Source: Gemmataceae bacterium (GTDB lineage Bacteria > Planctomycetota > Planctomycetia > Gemmatales > Gemmataceae). Taken from it: a stretch of 32,502 bases of DNA. The notes beneath the pieces are model-generated. The model saw only the letters and a list, made by a program, of their open reading frames with translations, was not told where the DNA came from and did no database searches. Position numbers and translations under genes: made by a program. Within the stretch, counting starts at the first letter, position 1, and each line of letters begins with the position of its first letter. Shown here one piece after another: positions 1 to 8,579 of the stretch. The DNA is taken from assembly GCA_036406755.1 (NCBI GenBank), contig DASXAN010000859.1, forward strand, positions 1 to 32,502. The letters are read 5' to 3'.

Positions 1-443
1 AGGACGTGCGCCTCTCGGGCGAACCGCTTCTCGAGGTCCGGCGACGCCAGGCCGGGGCGGATCATCTTCAGGGCGACGGGGCGGCGCGGGTTGTCCTGCT
101 CCGCCTCGTACACCGCCCCCATGCCGCCGCGGCCGATCAGGCGGACGACGCGATACCCGCCGACCCGGGTCGGCAGGGTATCCGGCGGGACGGGCCGCGT
201 GCCGGTCGGCGGTACCGGTCGCGTGTCCAGGCATTCCCGCTCCAGCCGGCGGAGGAACTCTTCGTTGGGTTCGTCGCCGGCGGGCCGGGCCGCGGCCGGC
301 CCGCATGCGGGCGCCTCGCGGTCGGTGAGCTGCTCCAGGGCCCGCTGGCAGGCGGGGCAGCGTTCGACGTGGTCAGCGGCGCCGTCCGCAGCCTCGCCGT
401 CGAGCAGACGGCGGAGTTCGTCCGGCAAGAGGCATCCGGTCAT
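1..443 (-). CDS. Ser/Thr protein kinase (Hanks type), N-terminal part; the gene continues past the window start
   Basis: ATG at 443-441, 8 nt after the sigma-factor stop. Own translation: MTGCLLPDELRRLLDGEAADGAADHVERCPACQRALEQLTD...TRVGGYRVVRLIGRGGMGAVYEAEQDNPRRPVALKMIRPGLASPDLEKRFAREAHV. It shows the glycine-rich loop GRGGMG and the VALK lysine motif. It is absent from the ORF track, probably because it runs off the window edge. Confidence 0.8.
   Translation of the reverse strand, partial: MTGCLLPDELRRLLDGEAADGAADHVERCPACQRALEQLTDREAPACGPAAARPAGDEPNEEFLRRLERECLDTRPVPPTGTRPVPPDTLPTRVGGYRVVRLIGRGGMGAVYEAEQDNPRRPVALKMIRPGLASPDLEKRFAREAHV
348..371 (-). other. HxxxCxxC (ZAS-like zinc-binding anti-sigma motif) in the kinase N-terminal extension
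   Basis: Residues 25-32 of the kinase read H-VER-C-PA-C, encoded by the reverse complement of 348-371. They lie upstream of the catalytic domain. Confidence 0.45.
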
Positions 444-451
444 CCCCGCCC

Positions 452-1051
452 TCACATCCCCTGGAGATGCCGAACTTCTTCCCGCAGCATCTTCTGCACT
501 TTGCTCTTGGCCGCGAACAGCGACGCCACCTTCATCCCCAGCCGGGCGGCCGCATCCGCCCCGGAATGTCCTTCCAGGGCGGTCAGCCGGAAGGCGTCCC
601 AGGTGTGCGGCTCGACCCGCGCCCGCACCCGCTCCGTCGCCAGCTCCAGCACCTCCTGGTCGAACTCGCGTTGCAGCCGGTCGGTCAGGTCGTCGCGGGC
701 CTCGACGGCGGCCAGGGCGTCGGCCACGGCGCTGTCGCCGGAGCCGGCGTCGGGCCGCCGCCGCCCCTCCAGGAAGTCGCACCAGGCGTAGTGGGTCAGC
801 GTCTTCAGGTAGGCGCGAAAGCTCCGCTTCGGGTCGTAGTCGAAACCGCGGAGCTTCGCGACCAAGCGGACCAGGACGGCCTGCGTCACTTCTTCGGCCT
901 CGTCCTCCGGGAGTCGCCAGCGGCGGCACCACTGGTAGATGAGCCGGCCGTAGCGGCGGACGAACTCCGCCCAGGCCGTCTGGTCCGGCACCCCCAGGCG
1001 GAGCCGGGCCAGCAGCGTGGCACTGGTCCCCCCGGAGAGGCTGCTGTCCAT
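452..1051 (-). CDS. ECF-type RNA polymerase sigma-70 family factor (199 aa)
   Basis: This is the C-terminal part of track ORF 452..2191; the internal ATG at 1051-1049 is preferred. MDSSLSGGTSATLLARLRLGVPDQTAWAEFVRRYGRLIYQWCRRWRLPEDEAEEVTQAVLVRLVAKLRGFD looks like region 2, and AFRLTALEGHSGADAAARLGMKVASLFAAKSKVQKMLREEV looks like a region 4 HTH. The ORF extension upstream of 1051 is Arg/Gly/Pro-rich off-frame sequence overlapping the divergent giant gene. Confidence 0.85.
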   Translation of the reverse strand: MDSSLSGGTSATLLARLRLGVPDQTAWAEFVRRYGRLIYQWCRRWRLPEDEAEEVTQAVLVRLVAKLRGFDYDPKRSFRAYLKTLTHYAWCDFLEGRRRPDAGSGDSAVADALAAVEARDDLTDRLQREFDQEVLELATERVRARVEPHTWDAFRLTALEGHSGADAAARLGMKVASLFAAKSKVQKMLREEVRHLQGM

Positions 1052-1288
1052 CTCGGTACCCGTGACGGCCGTCCGCCCGGCCGAGAGGCGGGAGAGTCGG
1101 CCCGAAAAAACTCGTTGCGGCGCCGCTAGGTCGGGGCCGCATCGGCTGACTGATCCATTAGACGGTACCGCATGCCGCCCGCCTTTCCAAGGGTCAGGGC
1201 CGGCCGGGGCCGCGGCGCCCTTCTGCCCGGTGGCAGCCCGGGGCGCCGTGCGCCCCTGTTGCCCGTGTCGCGCGAAGGGACCGTAACC

Positions 1289-4200
1289 ATGCTCACGCCC
1301 CGCCGTGCCGCCCTGGCCGCCCTGACCGCCCTGGCCCTGGCCCCCGCGGCCCTGGCCCAGACGTGGACCGGGACGACCGCCAACCAGGACTGGAACACCT
1401 CCGGCAACTGGACCATCCCCGCCACCGTCCCGAATTCGGCCACGGCCGCGGTGATCTTTCCCAGCCAGTCCAACCCGTCGAACATTTTCTTCGGCGTAGC
1501 CAACATCTCCAGCGGCATCCAGGCCCAGTCGATCACCTTCGGCAACACCTCCGGAAACTACTCGATCACGGGCCAGACGATTTCCAGCCTGCAAACGATC
1601 ACCGTCAATGCGGGCGTCACGACCACCGACACGATCAGTGCCCCGATCCAGTGGGCCGGCGGCAACACGTCGCTGGTGATCACTAACAACGCCGCGCCCT
1701 CCGCCCTCCCGACGCTCGTCCTCGCCGGCGGGCTGGGCACGCCCGGCCTGGGCGGCATCAGCGTGACGGGCAGCGGATTCACGAGCATCACCGGGGACAT
1801 CTCCGTCTCGGTCATCGGCGGGTTGACCAAGTCCGGCAGCGGCCAGCTCAACCTGACCGGGACCAACAACTACAGCGGCCCTTCGGGCGGTTACGGCATC
1901 ATCGTCAGCGGCGGGACCCTGGGCATCAGCAGCGACGGCGCCCTGGGGTCCGTCGGCTCGCCGCTGAAACTCGACGTCAACTCGGACACCGAAGGCGGGC
2001 TGGTGTTCCTGAACGGCGGGGTCCAGCTCGCCGGCGGCCGATCGATCACCCTGAACAGGACCACCCGGATCGTGTCCAACGGCACCGACTCCAACACCAT
2101 CGCGGGCCGTATCACCAGCCCTCTGACCGGCGCGACGCTCGTGAAGGACGGCACCGGGACGCTGATCTTGACCAAGAGCGGCAACACGCAAACGGCCGTC
2201 ACGATCAACGCCGGCACGCTCGGCGTGACGTCCGACGGCGCGCTAGGTGCCGTCGGCTCGAACAACAACGTGCTCACATTCAACGGCGGGGCGCTCCAGT
2301 TCGACGCCAGCTTCGCCGCCTCGGCCGCGCGGCGCTGGGTCGTCAACGGTGGTGGCGGCACCGTCCAGATCGATTCCCCCTTCACCGCCACCGTCAACGC
2401 GTCGATCGGCGGGACCGGGGTGCTGACCAAGACCGGCGCTGGTACGCTCGTCCTGGCGGGGCTCAACAACACCTTCGCCGGCCTGACGGTCCAGCAGGGG
2501 TTGGTCCAGCTGGCAAACTCGACCGTCCCCCTCGGAGCGGCCCTCACCCTCGGCGGCGGGGCGAACAGCGGGACCCTCGACCTGAACGGGCAGGGCGCGG
2601 AAATCTCCGCTCTGGCCGTGAGCGGCACCGGTACGGCGAACACCGTGACCAGCAGCTCTGGCTCCCCCACCCTGACGGTGAACAACGCCACCGCCCAGAC
2701 CTTCGCCGGCCAACTGACCGGCCCCCTGGCCCTGACGAAGAAGGGGCCCGGGACGCTGACCCTCACTAACGCGTCCAACACCTACACCGGCGGGACGACG
2801 CTCGAGGGCGGGACGCTCGCCGTCCCGGCAGACGGGGCGCTCGGGGCGGCCGACGGCGGCCTGCTGTTCGCCGGCGGTGCGCTGGAGGCGACGGCCACGT
2901 TCACCTCGGCCCGCAGCGTGTTGCTCAGCCTCGACAACACCATCTCGGTCGACGCCGGTGCCACGCTGACGCTCTCCGGGGCCGTCGACGGCTCCAACGG
3001 GTTGACGAAGGCCGGGCCCGGCACCTTGGTCCTCACCGGGGCCGGTATCACTTACCCCGGCGGGACGCGGATCAACGCCGGTACGGTCGCCGTGGCCGGC
3101 GACGGGGCCCTCGGGCAGGCGGGAACCGGCCTGACGTTCGGCGGCGGCACCCTGGAGGCGACGGCCGGTTTCACCACCTTCCGCCCCGTGACGCTCAACG
3201 CCGGCGGCGGCACGTTCTTCGTGGACCTCGGGCAGAGCCTGACCGTCTCCGGGGCCGTAACTGGCACCGGCGGGCTGAGCAATGCCGGGGCCGGCAAGCT
3301 GATCCTGACCAATGCCAACAACAACTACTCGGGCGGGACGACCGTCACGAACGGCACGATCGTCGTCTCGGCCGATGGCCTCCTGGGCGCGCCGTCCGGC
3401 GGTGTATCGCTCAGCGGCTTGGCCACGCTCGAAGCAACGGCCACGTTCAGCTCCGCCCGCCCCGTGACCATCGGCGGCGCGGGCGGCCAGATCCGCGTGG
3501 ATTCCGGCGCGACCGTGACCTGGTCCGGCGCGCTGTCCGGCACCGGCTTGTTCAACAAGGCGGGACCCGGCACGCTCGTCCTCACGGCCGACGACAGTGG
3601 CTTCACCGGCACCACGCAGATCGGCAACGGCGGCGTGCTCCGCCTGGGCAACGCCAACGCCCTGGCCGGCAGCACCCTGAGCAACGGCCCCAGCGGCACC
3701 CTGGACTTCAACGGACTCGCGGCCGCCGCGCTCGGCGGCCTGTCCGGGTCCGGGACCCTGAGCTTCGGCACGACGGCCCTGACCGTCGGCGGCAACAACG
3801 CCAGCACGACCTTCTCCGGCGTCCTCAGCGGCACCGGGTCGCTCACCAAGGTCGGCACCGGCACGCTCACCCTGACCGCGAACAACTCCGCCTACACGGC
3901 CGACGTCACGGTCAACGCCGGCGTGCTGAAGATCGCCGCCGGCGGCGGCCTGGCCGGCAGCGCGGTGACGGTCAACGTCAACGGCGGCCTGGACCTGGGC
4001 GGGTTCGCGGCCCAGACCCTGGCCGGCCTGGCCGGCACCGGCAACATCAACCTCGGCGGGACCGCCCTGACCGTTGGCGGCAACAACGCCTCGACCACGT
4101 ACTCGGGTCTGCTCAGCGGCACCGGGTCGCTCACCAAGGTGGGCACCGGCACGCTGACACTGTCGAACACCTCCAACAGCTATTCCGGCGGCACGACGGT

Positions 4201-7200
4201 CACCGGCGGCGTCCTGAGCATCGCCGGCGACGGCACCCTCGGCAGCACGTCCGGGGGTCTGACCCTCAACGGCGGCACCTTGAAAATCACCGGGCCGGCC
4301 TCCGGCGGGGCCCTGAGCGGGAGCCGGTCCGTGATCCTCGGCGCGTCGGGCGGGACGATCGACACGTCGGCCCTGCACGTCACCGCGATCCCCTCGGTGA
4401 TGTCCGGGACCGGCCCGCTCACCCTCGCCGCCCAGGGCAACACGAGCGACACCGGTGAGACCAGTTTCGACAAACTCGTCTTGTCCGGGGCCAACACGTT
4501 CACCGGTACGGTGACCATCACCTCCGGCCTCGTGGACGCGGCCAGCAATTTCGGCAACCCGGCCAACGCCATCGCCATCGCCGGCGTCGGCGGGTTCGTG
4601 GCAACGAATAACATCTCCCTCGGCCGCACCATCACCCTGTCCGGGACGGGTGATCGCATCTTCCGCGTCTACGACATCGCGACGTTGACCGTGGGCGGCG
4701 TGATCAGCGGCTCGGGCAACCTGCGGAAGACGGACGACGGCGTGCTCGTCCTGACCGGGGCGAACACGTACACCGGTGGCACCGTCGTCGCCAGAAGCAC
4801 CCTCCGGGCCGGGGCGGCCAACACCCTGCCGCCCGGGACGGCGGTCACCCTGGGCAACGTCGGCGGCGTGACCCTGGACCTGAACGGGTTCTCGCAGGCG
4901 ATCGGCTCCCTGGCCGGCGGCGGGTCGGCCGGCGGGAACGTCACCCTCGGCGGCGGCACGCTGACCGTCGGCACCGACAACTCCTCGACGAGCTTCGCCG
5001 GCACACTCTCCGGCACCGCCGGCAGCACGCTCGCCAAGGCGGGGACCGGCGCCCTCACGCTCACCGGCGCCGGCAGCAGCATCGGCGTACTCAACATTAA
5101 CGCCGGCTCGCTCGCGGCCAACGGCGGCAGTATTGCGTTGACGAATACTAGTAGTTGGCCTCTCATCGTCGGCACGCCGACCACCGCCGCCACGATGTCA
5201 GTCAGCGGCGGGACGACGGTCAGCGTGCCGTCGACCGCCTCCAACATCGGCGTCATCGTGGACGGGCCGACCGGGACCACCGTCACGATCAGCGGCACGG
5301 GCAGCTCGATGAACTCGGGCTCGTTCGCCCTAGTCGCCGTAAACTCCACCGGCAATCTGATCGTGCAGAACGGCGGCTCCTTGACCGAACCGTCCAGCGG
5401 GATGCAGGTCGGCAACAACGCGGGCAGCGTCGGAATCATGCTGGTCCAGTCCGGCGGAACGGTGGTTTCCCCCCAAGTCATTGTCGGCACTTTCGGCGGT
5501 TCGACGGGAACGTTCGCCGTGAGCGGCGCCGGTAGCCAGGCCACCACCTCGACGGTGGTCGCCGGCTATAGCGGCATCGGCAGCGTCCTGGTCCAGTCGG
5601 GAGCGGCGGCCGTGTCCCATTTCACGGCCATCGCCAACAACTCGGGCTCGACGGGCTCCGTCACCGTGACCGGCCCCGGCTCGATCTGGACGAACACCGT
5701 CAACACTTACCTCGGCGGCAATGGCGCCAGCCCGCCCGCCCCCGGCGGGACCGCCACACTGACGGTCGCCAACGGCGGCACGTTCATCAACGGCGGCACG
5801 TTCTACATTCTGCGGCCCGACGCCACGATCAACGTGGACGGCGGCTCGCTCTCGGTCGGCAGCTTTTCCGTCGCCGGCGTCACGCCGAATATCACGCTGT
5901 CCGACCCGGTCGGCAGCGGGGCGGCCCTGACCATCGGCACCGACAACTCGTCCAGCACCTGGCCGTTCCCGTTCGCCGACGGCCCCAACGGCCCGGCCAC
6001 GATCGCCAAGGCCGGCACCGGCACGTTGACCCTGACCGGCCACCTGACCAACACCGGCGGCTACACGGCCAGCCGGGGCACGATCGACTTCAACGGGGCG
6101 CTGGTCCAGCCCGGGTCCGGCAGCCTGACCGCCGCCGCCGGGGCGACCGTCAAGTACGACGGCGGCACCCGCGTGTTCGGCGGGTTCCTCCGCGGCCCCG
6201 GCACGCACACCGTCAACGGGGCCGCCCTGACCGGGGTCACGTCGTTCCCCGGCGCGGCCGTCAGCGTGACCGGGCCCGGGTCGTTCGTCACCTTCACCAA
6301 CGGCGGGCCGATGACCGTGACGGCCGGGGCCAACACGCCGGCCACGTTCAGCGGGTTCACCAACCAGGGGAGCGGGTCCGTGACAGTCGGCACGGCCACC
6401 GGGGCGGGTAGCCGGGTCAACGTGTCGGACTTCCAGAGCTACGGCGTCTTGACCATCCCGAACGCCCCGGGCGCGTTCGGGGCGGACAACCGCCTGGCCA
6501 ACGTCGGCACGACCCCGCTGTCGTTCAACGGCGGCAGCCGGACGTTCCTGGGGACGCCGGCGACGGCCGGGCAGTTCGGGGCGGTCCTCGACCTGGGCGG
6601 CCGCAACGCCACCGTGGCCGGTGGCCTGCTGGTCAACAACGGCCTGGTGTACGACTCCACCAACGGCGGCACGGCGACGCTGATCGCGGACTTCGGTGCC
6701 CTGGTCAAGGGCGGCGGCACCTACGGGGTGCCGGTGGTGACGGTCAACGGCGGCCGGTTCCAGGCCGGCAACAGCCCCGGCCGGGCCGACTTCGGCAGCT
6801 TCGCCTTCGGCCCCGGCGGCGTCTCGGACTACGTGTTCGCCATCAACGACGCCACCGGCGAGGCTGGCCCGACGCCGGATGCGCAGGGCCAAGTGAGCGG
6901 CTGGGGGCTGGTCCGGGCGGTGCGGCAGGTCGGCCCGGCGACGGCCAGCGGCGACTTCGCCTGGACGGCCGACCCGGCCCACAAGCTAACCGTCGCCATC
7001 GACACACTGGTCAACCCGACGACCGCCGGGACCGACGTGGCCGGGCCGATGGCGAACTTCGACTCGACGAAGTCGTACTCGTGGCCGGCCGTCATCTGGG
7101 CCGGCACCTACGCCGGGCCGGCGGACGCGGCCGCCCTGGACGCGGCTACGGCGTTCGCCACCACCGGCTTCCTCAACCCGGGGGCGGGGACGTTCGGCTG

Positions 7201-7327
7201 GTCCCTGGATGCCGCCGGCCACACCCTGTCGCTGACGTTCACCCCGGTGCCCGAGCCGTCCACGCTGGCGTTGGCGGGGCTGGCCGCCGCCGGACTGGCG
7301 TACCGCCGCCGGCACCGCCGCTGGTAG
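1289..7327 (+). CDS. Giant secreted surface protein with autotransporter-associated beta-strand (PATR-like) repeats and a C-terminal PEP-CTERM sorting signal
   Basis: Track ORF 1172..7327. ATG 1289 gives the signal peptide MLTPRRAALAALTALALAPAALAQ. There are about 13 copies of G(T/P)GTLxLTxxNxY(T/S)GGTxxxxGxLxxxxDGALG. The second half has Gly/Ser/Thr-rich beta-helix-like segments. The protein ends PVPEPSTLALAGLAAAGLAYRRRHRRW. Confidence 0.85.
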   Translation: MLTPRRAALAALTALALAPAALAQTWTGTTANQDWNTSGNWTIPATVPNSATAAVIFPSQSNPSNIFFGVANISSGIQAQSITFGNTSGNYSITGQTISSLQTITVNAGVTTTDTISAPIQWAGGNTSLVITNNAAPSALPTLVLAGGLGTPGLGGISVTGSGFTSITGDISVSVIGGLTKSGSGQLNLTGTNNYSGPSGGYGIIVSGGTLGISSDGALGSVGSPLKLDVNSDTEGGLVFLNGGVQLAGGRSITLNRTTRIVSNGTDSNTIAGRITSPLTGATLVKDGTGTLILTKSGNTQTAVTINAGTLGVTSDGALGAVGSNNNVLTFNGGALQFDASFAASAARRWVVNGGGGTVQIDSPFTATVNASIGGTGVLTKTGAGTLVLAGLNNTFAGLTVQQGLVQLANSTVPLGAALTLGGGANSGTLDLNGQGAEISALAVSGTGTANTVTSSSGSPTLTVNNATAQTFAGQLTGPLALTKKGPGTLTLTNASNTYTGGTTLEGGTLAVPADGALGAADGGLLFAGGALEATATFTSARSVLLSLDNTISVDAGATLTLSGAVDGSNGLTKAGPGTLVLTGAGITYPGGTRINAGTVAVAGDGALGQAGTGLTFGGGTLEATAGFTTFRPVTLNAGGGTFFVDLGQSLTVSGAVTGTGGLSNAGAGKLILTNANNNYSGGTTVTNGTIVVSADGLLGAPSGGVSLSGLATLEATATFSSARPVTIGGAGGQIRVDSGATVTWSGALSGTGLFNKAGPGTLVLTADDSGFTGTTQIGNGGVLRLGNANALAGSTLSNGPSGTLDFNGLAAAALGGLSGSGTLSFGTTALTVGGNNASTTFSGVLSGTGSLTKVGTGTLTLTANNSAYTADVTVNAGVLKIAAGGGLAGSAVTVNVNGGLDLGGFAAQTLAGLAGTGNINLGGTALTVGGNNASTTYSGLLSGTGSLTKVGTGTLTLSNTSNSYSGGTTVTGGVLSIAGDGTLGSTSGGLTLNGGTLKITGPASGGALSGSRSVILGASGGTIDTSALHVTAIPSVMSGTGPLTLAAQGNTSDTGETSFDKLVLSGANTFTGTVTITSGLVDAASNFGNPANAIAIAGVGGFVATNNISLGRTITLSGTGDRIFRVYDIATLTVGGVISGSGNLRKTDDGVLVLTGANTYTGGTVVARSTLRAGAANTLPPGTAVTLGNVGGVTLDLNGFSQAIGSLAGGGSAGGNVTLGGGTLTVGTDNSSTSFAGTLSGTAGSTLAKAGTGALTLTGAGSSIGVLNINAGSLAANGGSIALTNTSSWPLIVGTPTTAATMSVSGGTTVSVPSTASNIGVIVDGPTGTTVTISGTGSSMNSGSFALVAVNSTGNLIVQNGGSLTEPSSGMQVGNNAGSVGIMLVQSGGTVVSPQVIVGTFGGSTGTFAVSGAGSQATTSTVVAGYSGIGSVLVQSGAAAVSHFTAIANNSGSTGSVTVTGPGSIWTNTVNTYLGGNGASPPAPGGTATLTVANGGTFINGGTFYILRPDATINVDGGSLSVGSFSVAGVTPNITLSDPVGSGAALTIGTDNSSSTWPFPFADGPNGPATIAKAGTGTLTLTGHLTNTGGYTASRGTIDFNGALVQPGSGSLTAAAGATVKYDGGTRVFGGFLRGPGTHTVNGAALTGVTSFPGAAVSVTGPGSFVTFTNGGPMTVTAGANTPATFSGFTNQGSGSVTVGTATGAGSRVNVSDFQSYGVLTIPNAPGAFGADNRLANVGTTPLSFNGGSRTFLGTPATAGQFGAVLDLGGRNATVAGGLLVNNGLVYDSTNGGTATLIADFGALVKGGGTYGVPVVTVNGGRFQAGNSPGRADFGSFAFGPGGVSDYVFAINDATGEAGPTPDAQGQVSGWGLVRAVRQVGPATASGDFAWTADPAHKLTVAIDTLVNPTTAGTDVAGPMANFDSTKSYSWPAVIWAGTYAGPADAAALDAATAFATTGFLNPGAGTFGWSLDAAGHTLSLTFTPVPEPSTLALAGLAAAGLAYRRRHRRW
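7244..7324 (+). other. PEP-CTERM sorting domain (VPEP motif, hydrophobic helix, Arg cluster)
   Basis: The translation PVPEPSTLALAGLAAAGLAYRRRHRRW lies immediately before the stop codon. Confidence 0.8.
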
Positions 7328-7336
7328 GACAAGACG

Positions 7337-7368
7337 GCGGCCCGGCGGGTTTGACTCCGCCGGGCCGC
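7337..7368 (+). terminator. GC-rich hairpin 10 nt downstream of the giant gene stop (candidate intrinsic terminator, no U-tract)
   Basis: GCGGCCCGGCGG (7337-7348) pairs perfectly with CCGCCGGGCCGC (7357-7368) around the 8-nt loop gtttgact. No T-run follows, so function is uncertain. Confidence 0.4.
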
Positions 7369-7593
7369 GTCCCGTAACTTGCGCCCCGGACAATTGAGTT
7401 AGGCACATCGGACCGGCCCAGCTGCCACGGTGGCCCAGATGGCGCCGCCGGCCCGTCAGCCGATAATCCCTCCTGTGCCACCTCGCCCGCCGGCTCGATC
7501 ATAACCCGCGGTTCATCTGCGAGGCGTTCGCCGTGGCCAACGATGTCCTTGTGGAGTTAGTCGGCGAAAGGCACTGGCCGCAGCGGCCGGGGC

Positions 7594-8187
7594 GTGATCG
7601 TCCGGCCGCGCGCCGACGGCGACCTACACCTCCACTGGGACGGCGGGCACGAAACGGTCGTCTCAGCCGCCGGCGGTGACATAGACCTGGACGAGTTCGC
7701 CGCCTTGCTGGCGCCGGTGGACGGCCCGGCCCCGGATGGGCCGCGGGTCATCGACCTCCCCGACAACCGTGCCAACTCCGGCCGCGCCTTCCAGCCCAGT
7801 GGAGCGGCGTGCCCCGGAGCCGACCCGATATGTGGCCGGACCAAGGTCAACAACGGCCGCCTGGACAAAGCGCGGGCCCTGTACCGCCAGATGGGCCGGG
7901 GGAGAATGGAGGAAGAGTTCCAGGCGCTCCTGGCCCGCCACGACGGCCGCACCGACGCGGATGGAAAGCCTCGCCTCGTCTGCTGCATAGTGCCGTCGTT
8001 CCGCCGCGGGCTCCGCGGCCACGGCTCGTCCTCCCCACCCCGAGAACCGACGCCTCCGGCCGGCCGTCACCAGCACCGCCTGCGGCCACTCTGCTCGACA
8101 CGGGCGTGCGCCCGGGGCGAGTCGGCGTGTCGCTTGAGGGGACCTCCACGACCACGCGCACGTCCCCTTGCGCGCCGCGTCCTCTAG
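7594..8187 (+). CDS. Hypothetical protein or gene fragment; only about 7594-7985 looks coding
   Basis: Third-codon-position G+C is high by eye in this frame from 7594 to about 7985. The sequence there is protein-like (…GRTKVNNGRLDKARALYRQMGRGRMEEEFQALLARHDGRTDADGKPRLV). The tail after about 7985 is Arg/Pro-rich. A protein-like stretch in a different frame (LDHNPRFICEAFAVANDVLVELVGERHW, 7494-7577) sits just upstream, suggesting a frameshifted remnant. The start is GTG and no family was recognised. Confidence 0.3.
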   Translation: MIVRPRADGDLHLHWDGGHETVVSAAGGDIDLDEFAALLAPVDGPAPDGPRVIDLPDNRANSGRAFQPSGAACPGADPICGRTKVNNGRLDKARALYRQMGRGRMEEEFQALLARHDGRTDADGKPRLVCCIVPSFRRGLRGHGSSSPPREPTPPAGRHQHRLRPLCSTRACARGESACRLRGPPRPRARPLARRVL

Positions 8188-8520
8188 CACGATGTGCAGG
8201 TCGCCGTCGTGCTCGGCCCGGCCGAGCACAACCCGGCCCGTCAGCTCGTACTACTCCCGCTCCCGGCCAGGCCGCGGCGTGCCCCGGTCGATCCGCCCCT
8301 CGAGCGCGTGTCAGCCCCCGACCTCGGCGGGGGCAGCCGGTGAGACTCGGGGACCGAGGCCGACGCCCGGTCCTCCTCCGTCTTCGCCGTCCACGGCCAC
8401 GCGCCTGATCGCCCTGGCACCTGTTCAGTGACTCGTACGTGACGGCCGACTTCTCCTCCGCCCAGGCCGGCGGGACCGCCACGGCGCAAATCACCAGCGC
8501 ACCAAATCGCCGGCGACGCA
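8080..8520 (-). pseudogene. Possible decayed small secreted-protein gene
   Basis: Protein-like pieces are spread over more than one minus-strand frame. They are a signal-peptide-like ILRRRRFGALVICAVAVPPAWAEEK (about 8520-8450), …IDRGTPRPGRERE-TAG(8251-8253)-YELTGRVVLGRAEHDGDLHIVLEDAARKG, and VRVVVEVPSSDTP in another frame (about 8160-8120). There is no ATG and no intact ORF. Confidence 0.25.
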
Positions 8521-8546
8521 GAATCGCCCCCTGGTTTGCCCGACGA

Positions 8547-8565
8547 CGCGGCGCGACCCGCCGCG
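8547..8565 (-). terminator. Short GC hairpin downstream of the lipocalin-like gene
   Basis: cgcggcg (8547-8553) pairs with cgccgcg (8559-8565) around a 5-nt loop, 15 nt past the TAG stop at 8580-8582. Stems of this size arise by chance at this GC content. Confidence 0.25.
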
Positions 8566-8579
8566 CCCGACCCAGCGGA

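Noticed and set aside
1102-1111. An A-run, CCGAAAAAAC, in the sigma/giant-gene divergent spacer. It resembles the A-rich block of the 48-nt element or an ECF-type -35 region.
   Set aside because: The following sequence does not contain CTGACG or TCGCA at the conserved spacing. I could not identify a convincing GGAAC-N16-CGT ECF-type promoter anywhere in 1052-1288.
5131-5170. An AT-richer island, agtattgcgttgacgaatactagtagttggcctctcatc, inside the giant PATR gene. It has a TTGACG motif and could be an internal promoter or insertion scar.
   Set aside because: The reading frame is uninterrupted (…GGSIALTNTSSWPLIVG…). It coincides with a transition between two repeat types of the protein. A single -35-like hexamer is not evidence for a promoter.
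1289-7327. Regularly spaced repeats that might suggest a CRISPR-like or satellite array.
   Set aside because: The repeats are in frame, of variable length, and encode the beta-strand repeat motif. There are no unique spacers of constant size and no short palindromic direct repeat.
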